Below are positions 28,916 to 38,387 of a stretch of DNA of 64,000 nucleotides, in pieces. The stretch comes from an uncultured Chitinophagaceae bacterium. GTDB lineage: Bacteria; Bacteroidota; Bacteroidia; Chitinophagales; Chitinophagaceae. The DNA lies in the NCBI GenBank assembly GCA_964580775.1, contig CAZOLW010000001.1, forward strand, positions 15,021 to 79,020, read 5' to 3'. Numbering within the stretch: the first letter of the stretch is position 1; each line of letters starts with the position of its first letter. Under the pieces are notes generated by a model. It did not search any database. It had not been told where the DNA came from and saw nothing but the letters and a program-made list of their open reading frames with translations. A program made the translations under genes and the position numbers.

Positions 28916-31300
28916 ATGAGCCTATATGAAAAATTACAGCTGGCCAGAAGTGAAGAAGATGTGAAAGACGCTTATATAAAAGCACTCGGGTTAAAAGGCT
29001 ATTCAAAAAACTTAATTGATATACAAACCAAAGAAATCTGGTTTGAAGCAAAAGACACCGACAGAAACTCAACCTATGCAATGTTTACACAGCTGATGCA
29101 TTATGTGCAGCAGGCATTAAACAAAGGCGATGAAGTTCCTCCCTTTTTATGTGTAATTGATACAAAGAAAGCCGCCATTATGAAAAGCGAGGATGTAATT
29201 CCCTTCCTTGCTAAAAAAACAATTAAATGGGGTAAGTCGGCCAGTAGCTATACACAAGATGCATTAGATGCCATCTCCGCCCATATCGGTACACACTTTG
29301 TTTCGTTTAAAATAGAAACGCATGAAGATGAGTTTATCAGCACCATTAAAAATGCAATTAAGAATGGTGATATCATCCGCACACAGATTACACCCGATAA
29401 CCTGAAACAGGTATTTGATAAATGGGTAACCATGATAGGGCGTGAAATAAAAGACATGCCTGAAGAAAATTATGCACTCCTGTTTTTTGCTGATATTATG
29501 CACGATGGTACCACATCTACCCATGATTATCTTACCGCTGCACTGATGCATAAAAACGGTGCTCCTGTATTCAGTTTAGAAGGCAAAGTGTATGAACTGG
29601 GAAACAAAGAAGGTTACCGACAGTTCTGGGCCATTTATCATAAACCGCCAAAGCAGGAATACAGAAATTATTTACTGGAAAGGCGTGACAGTTTAATACC
29701 CTTAGATGAACGCAGTTTTAAAGGAGCCTACTATACACCGCTGGCAGTAGTTGATAAAGCTTACGATAAACTAACCGAAACTCTCGGTAAAAACTGGCAG
29801 AAAGAATACATCGTGTGGGATATGTGTTGCGGCGTTGGTAACCTCGAAGTAAAGCATAGTAACCCACGCAATATTTACATGAGTACTTTAGACAGTGAAG
29901 ATGTAGATGTAATGAAAGCCACCAAAACCTGTGTATCTGCGCAACGTTTTCAATACGATTACCTGAATGATGATATTACTGATGACGGTAACATAGATTA
30001 TACACTTACCAATAAAGTACCCGAAGGTTTACGCAAAGCCATTGCAGAAGGAAAAAAGATTTTAGTGCTGATTAATCCGCCTTATGCGGAATCAGGCGAA
30101 GGAATAGGTGGTGGAAATAAAGAAAAAGTTGCTAAAACAAAGTTTGCTACCACTGCTATGACGAATTATGGCAAAGCAAGCAATGAACTATTTACTCAAT
30201 TTGTAGCTCGTATTTTTCAAGAAATTCCTACTGCTACTTTAGCAATGTTTAGTAAACTGAAATATATTAATGCTCCAAATTTTGAAAGATTCAGACAAGT
30301 TTGGAATGCAAAGTATTTAGGGGGCTTTATTGTTCACAGTAAAGCGTTTGATGGATTAAAAGGTAATTTCCCGATTGGGTTTTTACTTTGGGACACTAAA
30401 AATAATGATGATAAAAAAACACCTATTACTGAGATTACAACTGATGTGTTAGATAAGAAGGCACAACCGATTGGTGAAAAAGTATTTTATAACTTACAAA
30501 ATAGTACCTTTTTGAATGGCTGGACTATCAGACCGAAAACAAATAAAACAGATGTTATTGCTCTGAAAAATGCAGTTTCGCCATCAGCAACAAAACCAGT
30601 TGTAACAACATGGTCTGATTATGCTTTGTGCTATATGCTCTGCGATAGTAATGATATGCAACATGCTGGTCAAACTGCAATATTTTCATCAGTTTACAGA
30701 GTTGGCCATGATGGAGGCTTTTATGTCAATCCAGAAAACCTCAGTCATGCCGCAGTTGTTTTTTCTGCAAGACGTTTAGTAAAACCAACGTGGATTAACG
30801 ATAGGGATCAATTCTTACAACCCACTGAACCTTTAACAGATAAATTTAAAACTGATTGTTTAATCTGGATGTTATTTAACGGCAGCAATTTAACAGCCAG
30901 TGCCAATGATCTTGAATGGAACGGTAAAACATGGAGTATCGTTAATCATTTTATTCCTTACACTGAAGAAGAAGTAAATGCACCCGATCGTTTTGAAAGT
31001 GATTTTATGGTGCAGTATTTAGCGGGTAAAACATTGAGCGCTGAAGCACAGGCCGTACTAAACGAAGGAAAGAAATTATGGCAGGCATACTTTGCACATA
31101 CTGATGTAAGAACGGTAAGAGATGAATTAAAACTCAACCGTGCCGATGTGGGTTGGTATCAAATACGCAAAGCTTTACAGGCACGCAATGCCAGCAGCGA
31201 TTTTGCGCCCGTAAGTTTTAAACCGTTTGAAGATGCGTACAAAGCTTTAACAGAAAAGTTACAGCCAATGGTATATGAGCTGGGCTTTTTGAAAGTGTAA
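28916..31300 (+). CDS. Single-chain restriction endonuclease/amino-methyltransferase (Type IIG/IIL-like)
   Basis: N-terminal EEDV...ID...WFEAK PD-(D/E)xK-like motif; WDMCCGVGN motif I; INPPY motif IV; C-terminal TRD-like region. Confidence 0.75.
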   Translation: MSLYEKLQLARSEEDVKDAYIKALGLKGYSKNLIDIQTKEIWFEAKDTDRNSTYAMFTQLMHYVQQALNKGDEVPPFLCVIDTKKAAIMKSEDVIPFLAKKTIKWGKSASSYTQDALDAISAHIGTHFVSFKIETHEDEFISTIKNAIKNGDIIRTQITPDNLKQVFDKWVTMIGREIKDMPEENYALLFFADIMHDGTTSTHDYLTAALMHKNGAPVFSLEGKVYELGNKEGYRQFWAIYHKPPKQEYRNYLLERRDSLIPLDERSFKGAYYTPLAVVDKAYDKLTETLGKNWQKEYIVWDMCCGVGNLEVKHSNPRNIYMSTLDSEDVDVMKATKTCVSAQRFQYDYLNDDITDDGNIDYTLTNKVPEGLRKAIAEGKKILVLINPPYAESGEGIGGGNKEKVAKTKFATTAMTNYGKASNELFTQFVARIFQEIPTATLAMFSKLKYINAPNFERFRQVWNAKYLGGFIVHSKAFDGLKGNFPIGFLLWDTKNNDDKKTPITEITTDVLDKKAQPIGEKVFYNLQNSTFLNGWTIRPKTNKTDVIALKNAVSPSATKPVVTTWSDYALCYMLCDSNDMQHAGQTAIFSSVYRVGHDGGFYVNPENLSHAAVVFSARRLVKPTWINDRDQFLQPTEPLTDKFKTDCLIWMLFNGSNLTASANDLEWNGKTWSIVNHFIPYTEEEVNAPDRFESDFMVQYLAGKTLSAEAQAVLNEGKKLWQAYFAHTDVRTVRDELKLNRADVGWYQIRKALQARNASSDFAPVSFKPFEDAYKALTEKLQPMVYELGFLKV

Positions 31301-31366
31301 AGTCAGGCCACTCAAAGCGGCCAGACCGGCAAACAGAAACAGCGCCGGCAACAACAACACTATACA

Positions 31367-31546
31367 ATGAAAAAAGAAATCAATCCTTTCGCTGCAAAAG
31401 ACGGGGCTCCGATAGAAGGAAAAGAACCTGAATTTTTTAAGTGGGAAATAAAAAAAGCGAAAAAGGAACTTTCTTTACTTCCCAAAGAAGAGCAAAAGAA
31501 AATAATTGCATCACAAAAAGCACTGGCAAAAAGAATGAACAGTTAA
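31367..31546 (+). CDS. 59-aa hypothetical protein (below ORF-track cutoff)
   Basis: Manual translation MKKEINPFAAKDGAPIEGKEPEFFKWEIKKAKKELSLLPKEEQKKIIASQKALAKRMNS. Confidence 0.55.
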   Translation: MKKEINPFAAKDGAPIEGKEPEFFKWEIKKAKKELSLLPKEEQKKIIASQKALAKRMNS

Positions 31547-31646
31547 GCAATATCTTTCATCCATGCGCAACAGAAAACCCAGCCCCATTCATACACACCG
31601 CAAGGCAGAATTCAACGCTCTGCATCTGAGTCCTGTTCAATATTAT

Positions 31647-32003
31647 ATGGAGGAAGAACTATCAATGGAAGAAGTAGCAGAAAAAATCATTGACTGCAGC
31701 GGAGAACATTTTTTTGAATTATTTAAACAGTACAACAAAAACTTTTTCAAACAAGGAAGGTTTAACGGTGTTTATTTTTATGAAAGTCATTTCTCTACGA
31801 TGTTCCTGTTTTTTAATGAAGCGTTTTACGAAACATATAAACACGGTTCTTTCTACGCATTGCCTTCTTCACTTTCGGGCATAAATAGTTTTTTAATCAA
31901 AGAACATTACCCCAACGAAACAGAATACCTGAAAACAGCGGCCTATCTTGAAGGGATCAGTAATTTTAAAGAAGGCAGTTTGCTGATGGAGTTTATGTAT
32001 TAA
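31647..32003 (+). CDS. Hypothetical protein (118 aa)
   Basis: In-frame ATG at MEEELS; aromatic-rich, no family recognised. Confidence 0.55.
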   Translation: MEEELSMEEVAEKIIDCSGEHFFELFKQYNKNFFKQGRFNGVYFYESHFSTMFLFFNEAFYETYKHGSFYALPSSLSGINSFLIKEHYPNETEYLKTAAYLEGISNFKEGSLLMEFMY

Positions 32004-32042
32004 GTTCTGTGGGATGTTGAATAGTTTTGTTGGCCACAAATG

Positions 32043-32063
32043 GCGCAAGCGTCTCCCTTGCGC
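32043..32063. repeat. REP-like hairpin
   Basis: GCGCAAG-CGTCTCC-CTTGCGC in an intergenic region. Confidence 0.45.
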
Positions 32064-32222
32064 TATCTACGGCAGAGAACTTGTACGACCGGTAATGCTA
32101 TTCGGCATAATGCAGGCTGGTTTATATTTAGGTTAAGAGTAATAGTTATATGGAACTGATATTTTTTGCAACAGTCCAAATTGAAAAAGAAAGTAAAAGC
32201 TGAATACAGGCTTACTGAAAAA

Positions 32223-33782
32223 TCAGAACCCAAAATCCTCCACCTTTACTTTTTTTCCTTCTTTTTCTTCTGTCACTTTAGCCTGCTGGTGCACCGGGTT
32301 GCCCTCTACATAAATAGCCAGGTAGGGGCGTACCGGGCAGATATACTCGCAGCCACCACAACCAACACAAAGTTCATTGTTGATGGTTGGTATAGTAAGA
32401 TTGCCTTTGTAAGGCTGCATGCTTACTGCCTGTGTGGGACAGTGTTCGGCGCATGCACCGCAGTTAGTGCCATCAGTAACTACTACGCAATTTTCCTTTA
32501 TAAAATGTACCAACCCTATCTGTAATGTTTTCTTTTCCTTTTCTGAAATTTCTACGATTGCTTTTGAAGGACAAATCTCAGAACATAAAGTGCAATGATA
32601 ATTACAATAACCATGTTTGAAACTCATAGCAGGTTGCATCATACCAATGATGCCATACTCTGTAAATGTGGGTTGCAGCACTTGTGAAGGACATTTGCTT
32701 ACACAGAGCTGGCAGGCGGTACAGGAATCATTAAACCTGTTTACATTCACCGAGCCGGGAGGTGTAATGGGATGCTTTTTTTTGAAAGGAACATTGTGAG
32801 AGGTGTAAATGACGTTGATCTTATTAGCAGAATCTTTATCTTTTCCTGCAAATACTTTTTGAATAGCAGCCAGCCCCAGCAGGATAGAAGCGGAAAGAAA
32901 TTTACGTTTTGTAGCATCATAACCATTACGATCAGGTTCAATAGTGTGCGGCTTTTTGGGCGACCAACCCGAAAATTGATACGAAATGGCATTTCTCTTA
33001 CATACCTCCACGCAATTAAAACACGTAACACAACGGCTATAATCAATCTCTTTTATTTCTGCATCGATACAGGAGGCTTTACATTTCATTTCGCATAAAC
33101 CACAACTATTGCAACCTTCGCTGCCAATCTTTATTTTTAAGAGTGAAAATTTGGCTAAGAAGCCAAGAACTGTGCCAACAGGACAAATAGTGTTGCAATA
33201 CAAACGACCATATTTGTACGAGAGAAAACCTATTATCAATAAGGTGAATACGGCTGTTACCAAAGAGCTCATACTTGCAATAAAAATATTCATTTCATAA
33301 AAACGATAATTATTGAAGTGATTACCTGCTGCTGCCACCAGATTGTTGATGGCTAAATAAACCGGTTTAAAAATGTTAGTGGCTATGCGTCCATATGCAC
33401 TGTAAGGATCAAGAAGGTTGAGTAGCAGATGAAAGCCACCTGTAAATGCCAAAACTATCAGGGCTACTATTGACCAGCGCAGGATTCTTTGTTCTTTAAG
33501 GTGAGGGTATTTCTTTTTACGGTGAAAACGTTTCGCTAACCAATCAGCCATATCCTGTAAAATACCCATTGGACATAGAGAAGAGCAATAAATTCTTCCA
33601 AATAAAAGCGTGATAACTGCCAGGGAAATCAATACCACCATATTCATAGCCAGTAATGCCGGTATGAATTGCCATCTCATCAATCCATGCAATTGTTGCG
33701 GCAACAAATCAGCAAAGTCTAAAAAATAGAATGTAATTAAACTAAACAGGAACAGCGATATCACTATTCGAACTTTCTTCAT
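32223..33782 (-). CDS. Membrane 4Fe-4S binding protein (NapH-like TM part plus NapF-like polyferredoxin)
   Basis: CSSLCP and CNTICP motifs; multiple CxxCxxCxxxC(P) clusters. Confidence 0.9.
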   Translation of the reverse strand: MKKVRIVISLFLFSLITFYFLDFADLLPQQLHGLMRWQFIPALLAMNMVVLISLAVITLLFGRIYCSSLCPMGILQDMADWLAKRFHRKKKYPHLKEQRILRWSIVALIVLAFTGGFHLLLNLLDPYSAYGRIATNIFKPVYLAINNLVAAAGNHFNNYRFYEMNIFIASMSSLVTAVFTLLIIGFLSYKYGRLYCNTICPVGTVLGFLAKFSLLKIKIGSEGCNSCGLCEMKCKASCIDAEIKEIDYSRCVTCFNCVEVCKRNAISYQFSGWSPKKPHTIEPDRNGYDATKRKFLSASILLGLAAIQKVFAGKDKDSANKINVIYTSHNVPFKKKHPITPPGSVNVNRFNDSCTACQLCVSKCPSQVLQPTFTEYGIIGMMQPAMSFKHGYCNYHCTLCSEICPSKAIVEISEKEKKTLQIGLVHFIKENCVVVTDGTNCGACAEHCPTQAVSMQPYKGNLTIPTINNELCVGCGGCEYICPVRPYLAIYVEGNPVHQQAKVTEEKEGKKVKVEDFGF

Positions 33783-33930
33783 TTCAAATCAATTATTAAA
33801 ATCATTGCTCCATCAAAGGATAGACGAAACGTTTTTAAATGGAATTGCATCCATTCGCCTGCAAACTCAGGCGGACATTATTTTTCGCAACTATTACCGG
33901 ACTATTAACCATTGACTGCAGCCATCTGCC

Positions 33931-34869
33931 TTATATTTTTATACGTTTTATGTTTAACTTTTCCAGTTGGGTGGTGCCTAATTTTAAAGCCTCGCCTTTA
34001 CCAATATGTTCTACCATCTCAAGTGGCATTGCAGAAACCTGGTTAAAGAATTTAGTAGCGGCCGTATCCACTGCAATAATATCTGTGGAGATGAATAGCC
34101 CTTTCGATGTAACTACATCGCCTAATGATTTACCCTGTGGCCCATTGGATTTCATCAAACGATAAGCATCTACCACATTGAGGGTGGGCTTTTTGTCCAG
34201 GGTGCTGCAGTCGGCAATACATTGTTGTAAATTATGGTTATGAAAAAACCTTCTGTCCCATACTATGCCCATCAGGTTTTTCATAGCGATAGACATTTTT
34301 GCTCCTCCATGATTTTTTAAAATGGGCACGTTAATCCATACATCCGAATCAAGTATAGCCTGGTGAATTTTTACAGTTTTAAGGTTTACTGCCCTGGGTA
34401 AATTAATTTCACGGTAATAAGATTCATCGTGTCCGGGAATCATTTTTCCACCTGCTGCAATTACTGCATCCTCAATACCACTGTTCTTATAACATTTTCT
34501 CCAGTCGTCGCAGGTATGGTCAAATACAATTACTTCTTTTGCACCGGCTTTCAAACATTGTTTTATAATTTCACTTACCAACAGCGGGTTGGTATTGGCT
34601 GCCAATTCGGGGTTTCTGTCCCATCCTATATTGGGTTTGATGGTTACTTTATTACCGGGTTTCACATACTTACCTATGCCACCCATTTCAGTAATGGCTC
34701 TGCGAAACATTTGATCCGGTTCTCCTCCCATTACTGCCACCATATCATATCCAATAGATGCGGCAGTAGATATTGATTTTTGCGCCAGTACTTCGAAACC
34801 ATCCACCATTTTTAGAGTGGAAGCAACACCTGTAAGTGCCACTGCTTTCAGAAAAAATCTTCTTTTCAT
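33931..34869 (-). CDS. DUF362 domain protein with Tat signal
   Basis: MKRRFFLK Tat motif; VTIKPNIGW, PILKNHGG and MKNLMG. Confidence 0.88.
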   Translation of the reverse strand: MKRRFFLKAVALTGVASTLKMVDGFEVLAQKSISTAASIGYDMVAVMGGEPDQMFRRAITEMGGIGKYVKPGNKVTIKPNIGWDRNPELAANTNPLLVSEIIKQCLKAGAKEVIVFDHTCDDWRKCYKNSGIEDAVIAAGGKMIPGHDESYYREINLPRAVNLKTVKIHQAILDSDVWINVPILKNHGGAKMSIAMKNLMGIVWDRRFFHNHNLQQCIADCSTLDKKPTLNVVDAYRLMKSNGPQGKSLGDVVTSKGLFISTDIIAVDTAATKFFNQVSAMPLEMVEHIGKGEALKLGTTQLEKLNIKRIKI

Positions 34870-34931
34870 TTGTTATTTATTTATAAATGAATAATAGTTC
34901 TGATCGGTTTATGCAGCAATTGCTTCATTGT

Positions 34932-35330
34932 TCATACTATCCAGGGGAAGGTGAAGCAGGTTTCATCAAATAGTGAATAATCTGCTTTGCCATTTACTGC
35001 AAAGGTTTTTACCAGTGCTGCCCCGGATAATAATTCTTTAGCATATTGCAAAGTGGCACCCGTTTTTACACGGTCTTCAACCAGTAATATTGTTTTGCCG
35101 GTTACGTTAAAATGAATCTCTTCCATCAATTTAGGAACATCGTATATGGGTTTTTGCTGTGCATTGCGAAAGCTTAGTTTCAGCAGTTCTATTCTTAGCT
35201 GTAAACGTTGATTGATTAATGCAGCCGGTATAATGCCGCCATTGGCAATAGCCACTATCAGGTCAAAAGTTTCTGCAAAATCCATAGTGCGGATTTTACC
35301 TGCTATTTCCTCCCATGATTTAGAATTCAT
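34932..35330 (-). CDS. Phosphoribosyltransferase-domain protein
   Basis: AIANGGIIPA and ILLVEDRVKTGATL PRPP-binding loop. Confidence 0.85.
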   Translation of the reverse strand: MNSKSWEEIAGKIRTMDFAETFDLIVAIANGGIIPAALINQRLQLRIELLKLSFRNAQQKPIYDVPKLMEEIHFNVTGKTILLVEDRVKTGATLQYAKELLSGAALVKTFAVNGKADYSLFDETCFTFPWIV

Positions 35331-35841
35331 AATGGGCCAGTTTTTTTAATAAAATCCAACCGCCAAAAACCTGGATAAGCATACCTGGTATGCCTATGGT
35401 AAGGTCCTGCATTGCTTTTGCAAAGCTTTGTGTGATACCCCATTCTGCCAATGAACCTGCTATCTGATAGGCTAATACCACCATCAATAAATGGATAACA
35501 GAAACTTTTTTGAATGTGGTAGCTACATATGCAGCAGCTATTGCCAAAAGGCACGATTTCAGCAGAATCACGGGTAATACTTCCATTGGCGGCATTCCTG
35601 TTAAAACAGAATTAAGCAATGGAGAACAGATGGCGGTGAGTAACCCTGCTTTAAGTCCGAATTTATAAGAAGCAATCAGCGTAAAAAAATAAACTGGTAA
35701 AAATATAAGTCCGCCGGAGGGGATGAGATGACACAATTGTGGCAATACCAGGTTGCCTGCTGCAAACAGGAATACAAACAGGTAAGTGCGTGTATCTAAC
35801 CATTTCAGATTCAGGGGATGAAAAGTTGTTGTTGATGTCAT
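35320..35841 (-). CDS. ECF transporter S-component-like membrane protein
   Basis: About six TM segments, LPQLCH...FLPVYFFTLIA pattern; overlaps the PRTase start. Confidence 0.7.
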   Translation of the reverse strand: MTSTTTFHPLNLKWLDTRTYLFVFLFAAGNLVLPQLCHLIPSGGLIFLPVYFFTLIASYKFGLKAGLLTAICSPLLNSVLTGMPPMEVLPVILLKSCLLAIAAAYVATTFKKVSVIHLLMVVLAYQIAGSLAEWGITQSFAKAMQDLTIGIPGMLIQVFGGWILLKKLAHYEF

Positions 35842-36222
35842 AAGTGGGGAATTTTTTGTTGTTAATAATTTTTACATACTGCAGTAAAGCAATGGGGGTA
35901 TCTCCCTGGCCGTGTCTCTACTCCTGGCCTTGTTTTCATTGAAATTTCTTTATATACCCTTGCATTAAGGCGATAGTTAATAAAGTACTACTCCGGGTGA
36001 TAAATAAAATATTTTTTCGTACAATTTTTAAGAGAATGCCTTTTTAAAAATAGGTTAATCATCAGGTTACAGAAATGACTGTCGTTATCATATTCAATGA
36101 ATATTGTCATAAAATTATTTTTAAGCAGTTGCTGCTGTTCCAGGAAAAATGATCCAACTTCTATAACCCATCTGGCACATGTGTTCCACAGGATCAACTG
36201 GTGCCGTTTAGTACTCTGTCGG

Positions 36223-36377
36223 CCCGGGGTCTGGCCACCGACCCCGGGAGTTAGTACTTATTAGAACTTATCACCTAAATAGATTGATGATGAAAGACCT
36301 GCTGCAGTAGCTGAAATCCCGGGGTCGGCATTGGCATTATTTATAATTTAAATTTTTTATATAGCCAGACCCCAGGG
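36223..36377. repeat. Cluster of CCCGGGGTC palindromic elements
   Basis: CCCGGGGTC-N8-GACCCCGGG (36223-48); CCCGGGGTCGGC (36318) paired with GCCAGACCCCAGGG (36364-77). Confidence 0.7.
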
Positions 36378-36503
36378 CGACAGAAACTGCCACGAAAAAA
36401 AGTCGCCATGAAAAACGGGACTGTGAACCGAGCGTGGCAACAGACGATGCGGTCTGGGTCAGAGACATAAATGATACAGCTGGTAACATAATTCTTTTTG
36501 CCT

Positions 36504-36563
36504 TTCCTTCGCAGCAACGTCATCGGCCAACACGCAGGCTATAAGAGTGACGTTGTTGAGAAG
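36504..36563. repeat. Gene-boundary hairpin element, copy E3
   Basis: CTTCGCAGCAACGTCA...TGACGTTGTTGAGAAG; loop contains CCAACAC and ATAAGAG as in E1/E2. Confidence 0.65.
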
Positions 36564-36576
36564 TAAGCAGTGTCAA

Positions 36577-37281
36577 TTAATAAAACAGCTCCGCATAGTT
36601 TTTTGCAAAAGTCTGCCAGAGGGTAGTATCACGTAATTGCCAAAGCACAGAGCCGATGAGTAATACCAGAAAAACGGTGAGGAATGGTTTATAGTTTTTC
36701 TTTCTGTACACATCAATACCCAACAATATGCCCACGATCACCAGATCCAGCACATCAGTAATGGTGAGGGCATCCCATACGGTCAATCCAAAACTTGCGC
36801 TCAGTCCCCGTCCTACGCCGGGCCCGATGGCCAGAATTCCGGTGGCGATCATATACCGCATATGCGAGTCAGGCGTTTTGCGGGTGATCATTGCCAGTGC
36901 CCAGAAAATGGCAAAGGTTAAAAAGCCCCGCATATCAAGCACAATGAAATTACGCATTACCTCTACTGGCTCATTTGCCTCAAGCCCTCTTGCATAACCT
37001 CCCCGGCCAATGAGGAACAGCGAAATAATAATGAGCGGCCCCAGTACCCAGGAAACTTTTCCGATTGTTCTGTGCAGGGCTGCCCGGCCCGATTGGATGA
37101 GTAAAGGCTGTGCGATGAGCAACAGCATCCACGTCATAAGCAAAGCCCCATGAATATGGATGAGCGTGGTTGCATTTTTAAATTTCGGGAATTGGCTGGT
37201 GTACGTTTGATAAAACCCCCACTGAATGCCGATTAAAATGAGGAATATAAAAATGGCTGTGTTGCGATACACTTTTAGCAT
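36577..37281 (-). CDS. Hypothetical multi-pass membrane protein
   Basis: About seven TM segments; HIHG, LHRTIG and HMRYM His motifs; visibly GC-richer than neighbours. Confidence 0.8.
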   Translation of the reverse strand: MLKVYRNTAIFIFLILIGIQWGFYQTYTSQFPKFKNATTLIHIHGALLMTWMLLLIAQPLLIQSGRAALHRTIGKVSWVLGPLIIISLFLIGRGGYARGLEANEPVEVMRNFIVLDMRGFLTFAIFWALAMITRKTPDSHMRYMIATGILAIGPGVGRGLSASFGLTVWDALTITDVLDLVIVGILLGIDVYRKKNYKPFLTVFLVLLIGSVLWQLRDTTLWQTFAKNYAELFY

Positions 37282-37440
37282 GGTTGGTTTTTTTATGTGT
37301 GGAAATTGAGTAAGTTGAAACTACCTATTTCCTGTAACATTTGCAACCACTGTTCTTTTATCTCAGGCGATTCTCTTCCTTGAGCCTGAGCATAGCTGCC
37401 CCACTCGCCGTAATCAGAAGATATACATGCAACTTAGCAC

Positions 37441-37496
37441 GGCGAGTCAGGCACCCCATACACAAAGCCATTGCCAAGACTCGCCTGAGAACTAAG
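37441..37496 (+). repeat. 56-bp direct repeat, right copy
   Basis: Identical to 28727-28782. Confidence 0.92.
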
Positions 37497-37826
37497 CCAC
37501 GATAAAAATTACTAAAACAAAAAAAAGGGCTTGGATAAAAATCCAGCCCGTATTAAATCCAATATCCGATAAAACCGACACGAAGATAAAAGCATGTTAC
37601 AAAATAGCCGTTACACTATTATGGTAAAAAATTATATAATTCACACATATTTTATTGCTCATGTTGGTGTTCCGCCAACATGAGCAATAGAAAAGAAACA
37701 GCAACCCGCAGTACATACTGAAACAAACCTTCTGACATTCATTGTGCTTTATGCAAATCTTCAGCTTATTCTTTCTATATTCAGATCGGGATCATCATAC
37801 ATCTTTTAACAAACAATACCAATCAA

Positions 37827-38318
37827 ATGACAAAATTCACATTAACTGTCCTCCCCTTTATTTTTGTTTTGCTGCTTGCAGGTTGCATTAATGCAGACAA
37901 TTCAAAAGCCACAGCAGAAAAAGAAACAGATGCACCTGAGTATTTCAACCTGCGGCCCAAACTGGAAAAAGAATACGGCTATTCACACGCAGTAAAAATT
38001 GGTAACGACCTTAAGATTTCAGGAGCAGTAAGTATGAACGATTCGGGAATGATTGTAGCTCCCGGTAACATGGAACAGCAGATGAAAAATTGCTACAGCG
38101 ATTTAGAAAAAATCTTACAGCACTACGGTTATACCTTCGATGATGTGGTGGCGGAGAATATTTATACAACCAGTATGGCCGGTTTTATAAAAGTATCGGG
38201 CTTCCGTAATTCCATTTATAAAAAACAATTCCCTACTGGCACCTGGCTCGAAGTAAAAGGGTTAGCAGTGGAAGGACAGTTGATTGAAATAGATATGGAA
38301 GCACATAAGTCAAAATAA
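37827..38318 (+). CDS. RidA/YjgF family protein with lipoprotein signal
   Basis: LLAGC lipobox; YSHAVKIGN...ISGAV; LIEIDMEA. Confidence 0.85.
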   Translation: MTKFTLTVLPFIFVLLLAGCINADNSKATAEKETDAPEYFNLRPKLEKEYGYSHAVKIGNDLKISGAVSMNDSGMIVAPGNMEQQMKNCYSDLEKILQHYGYTFDDVVAENIYTTSMAGFIKVSGFRNSIYKKQFPTGTWLEVKGLAVEGQLIEIDMEAHKSK

Positions 38319-38387
38319 TAACCACTTTACAATTACAAGGCATGGGTTTGTGAAACAGAACCTGTGCCGCATTTTTAAATTGAATCT

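Noticed and set aside
35908-35919. Minus-strand GAGACACGGCCA resembling a 16S rRNA segment
   Set aside because: Short chance match; the flanks are not rRNA-like.
17300-37496. Calling a complete integron or a named IS/ICE
   Set aside because: No integrase, transposase or relaxase in the window, and canonical attC core sites are not clearly present.
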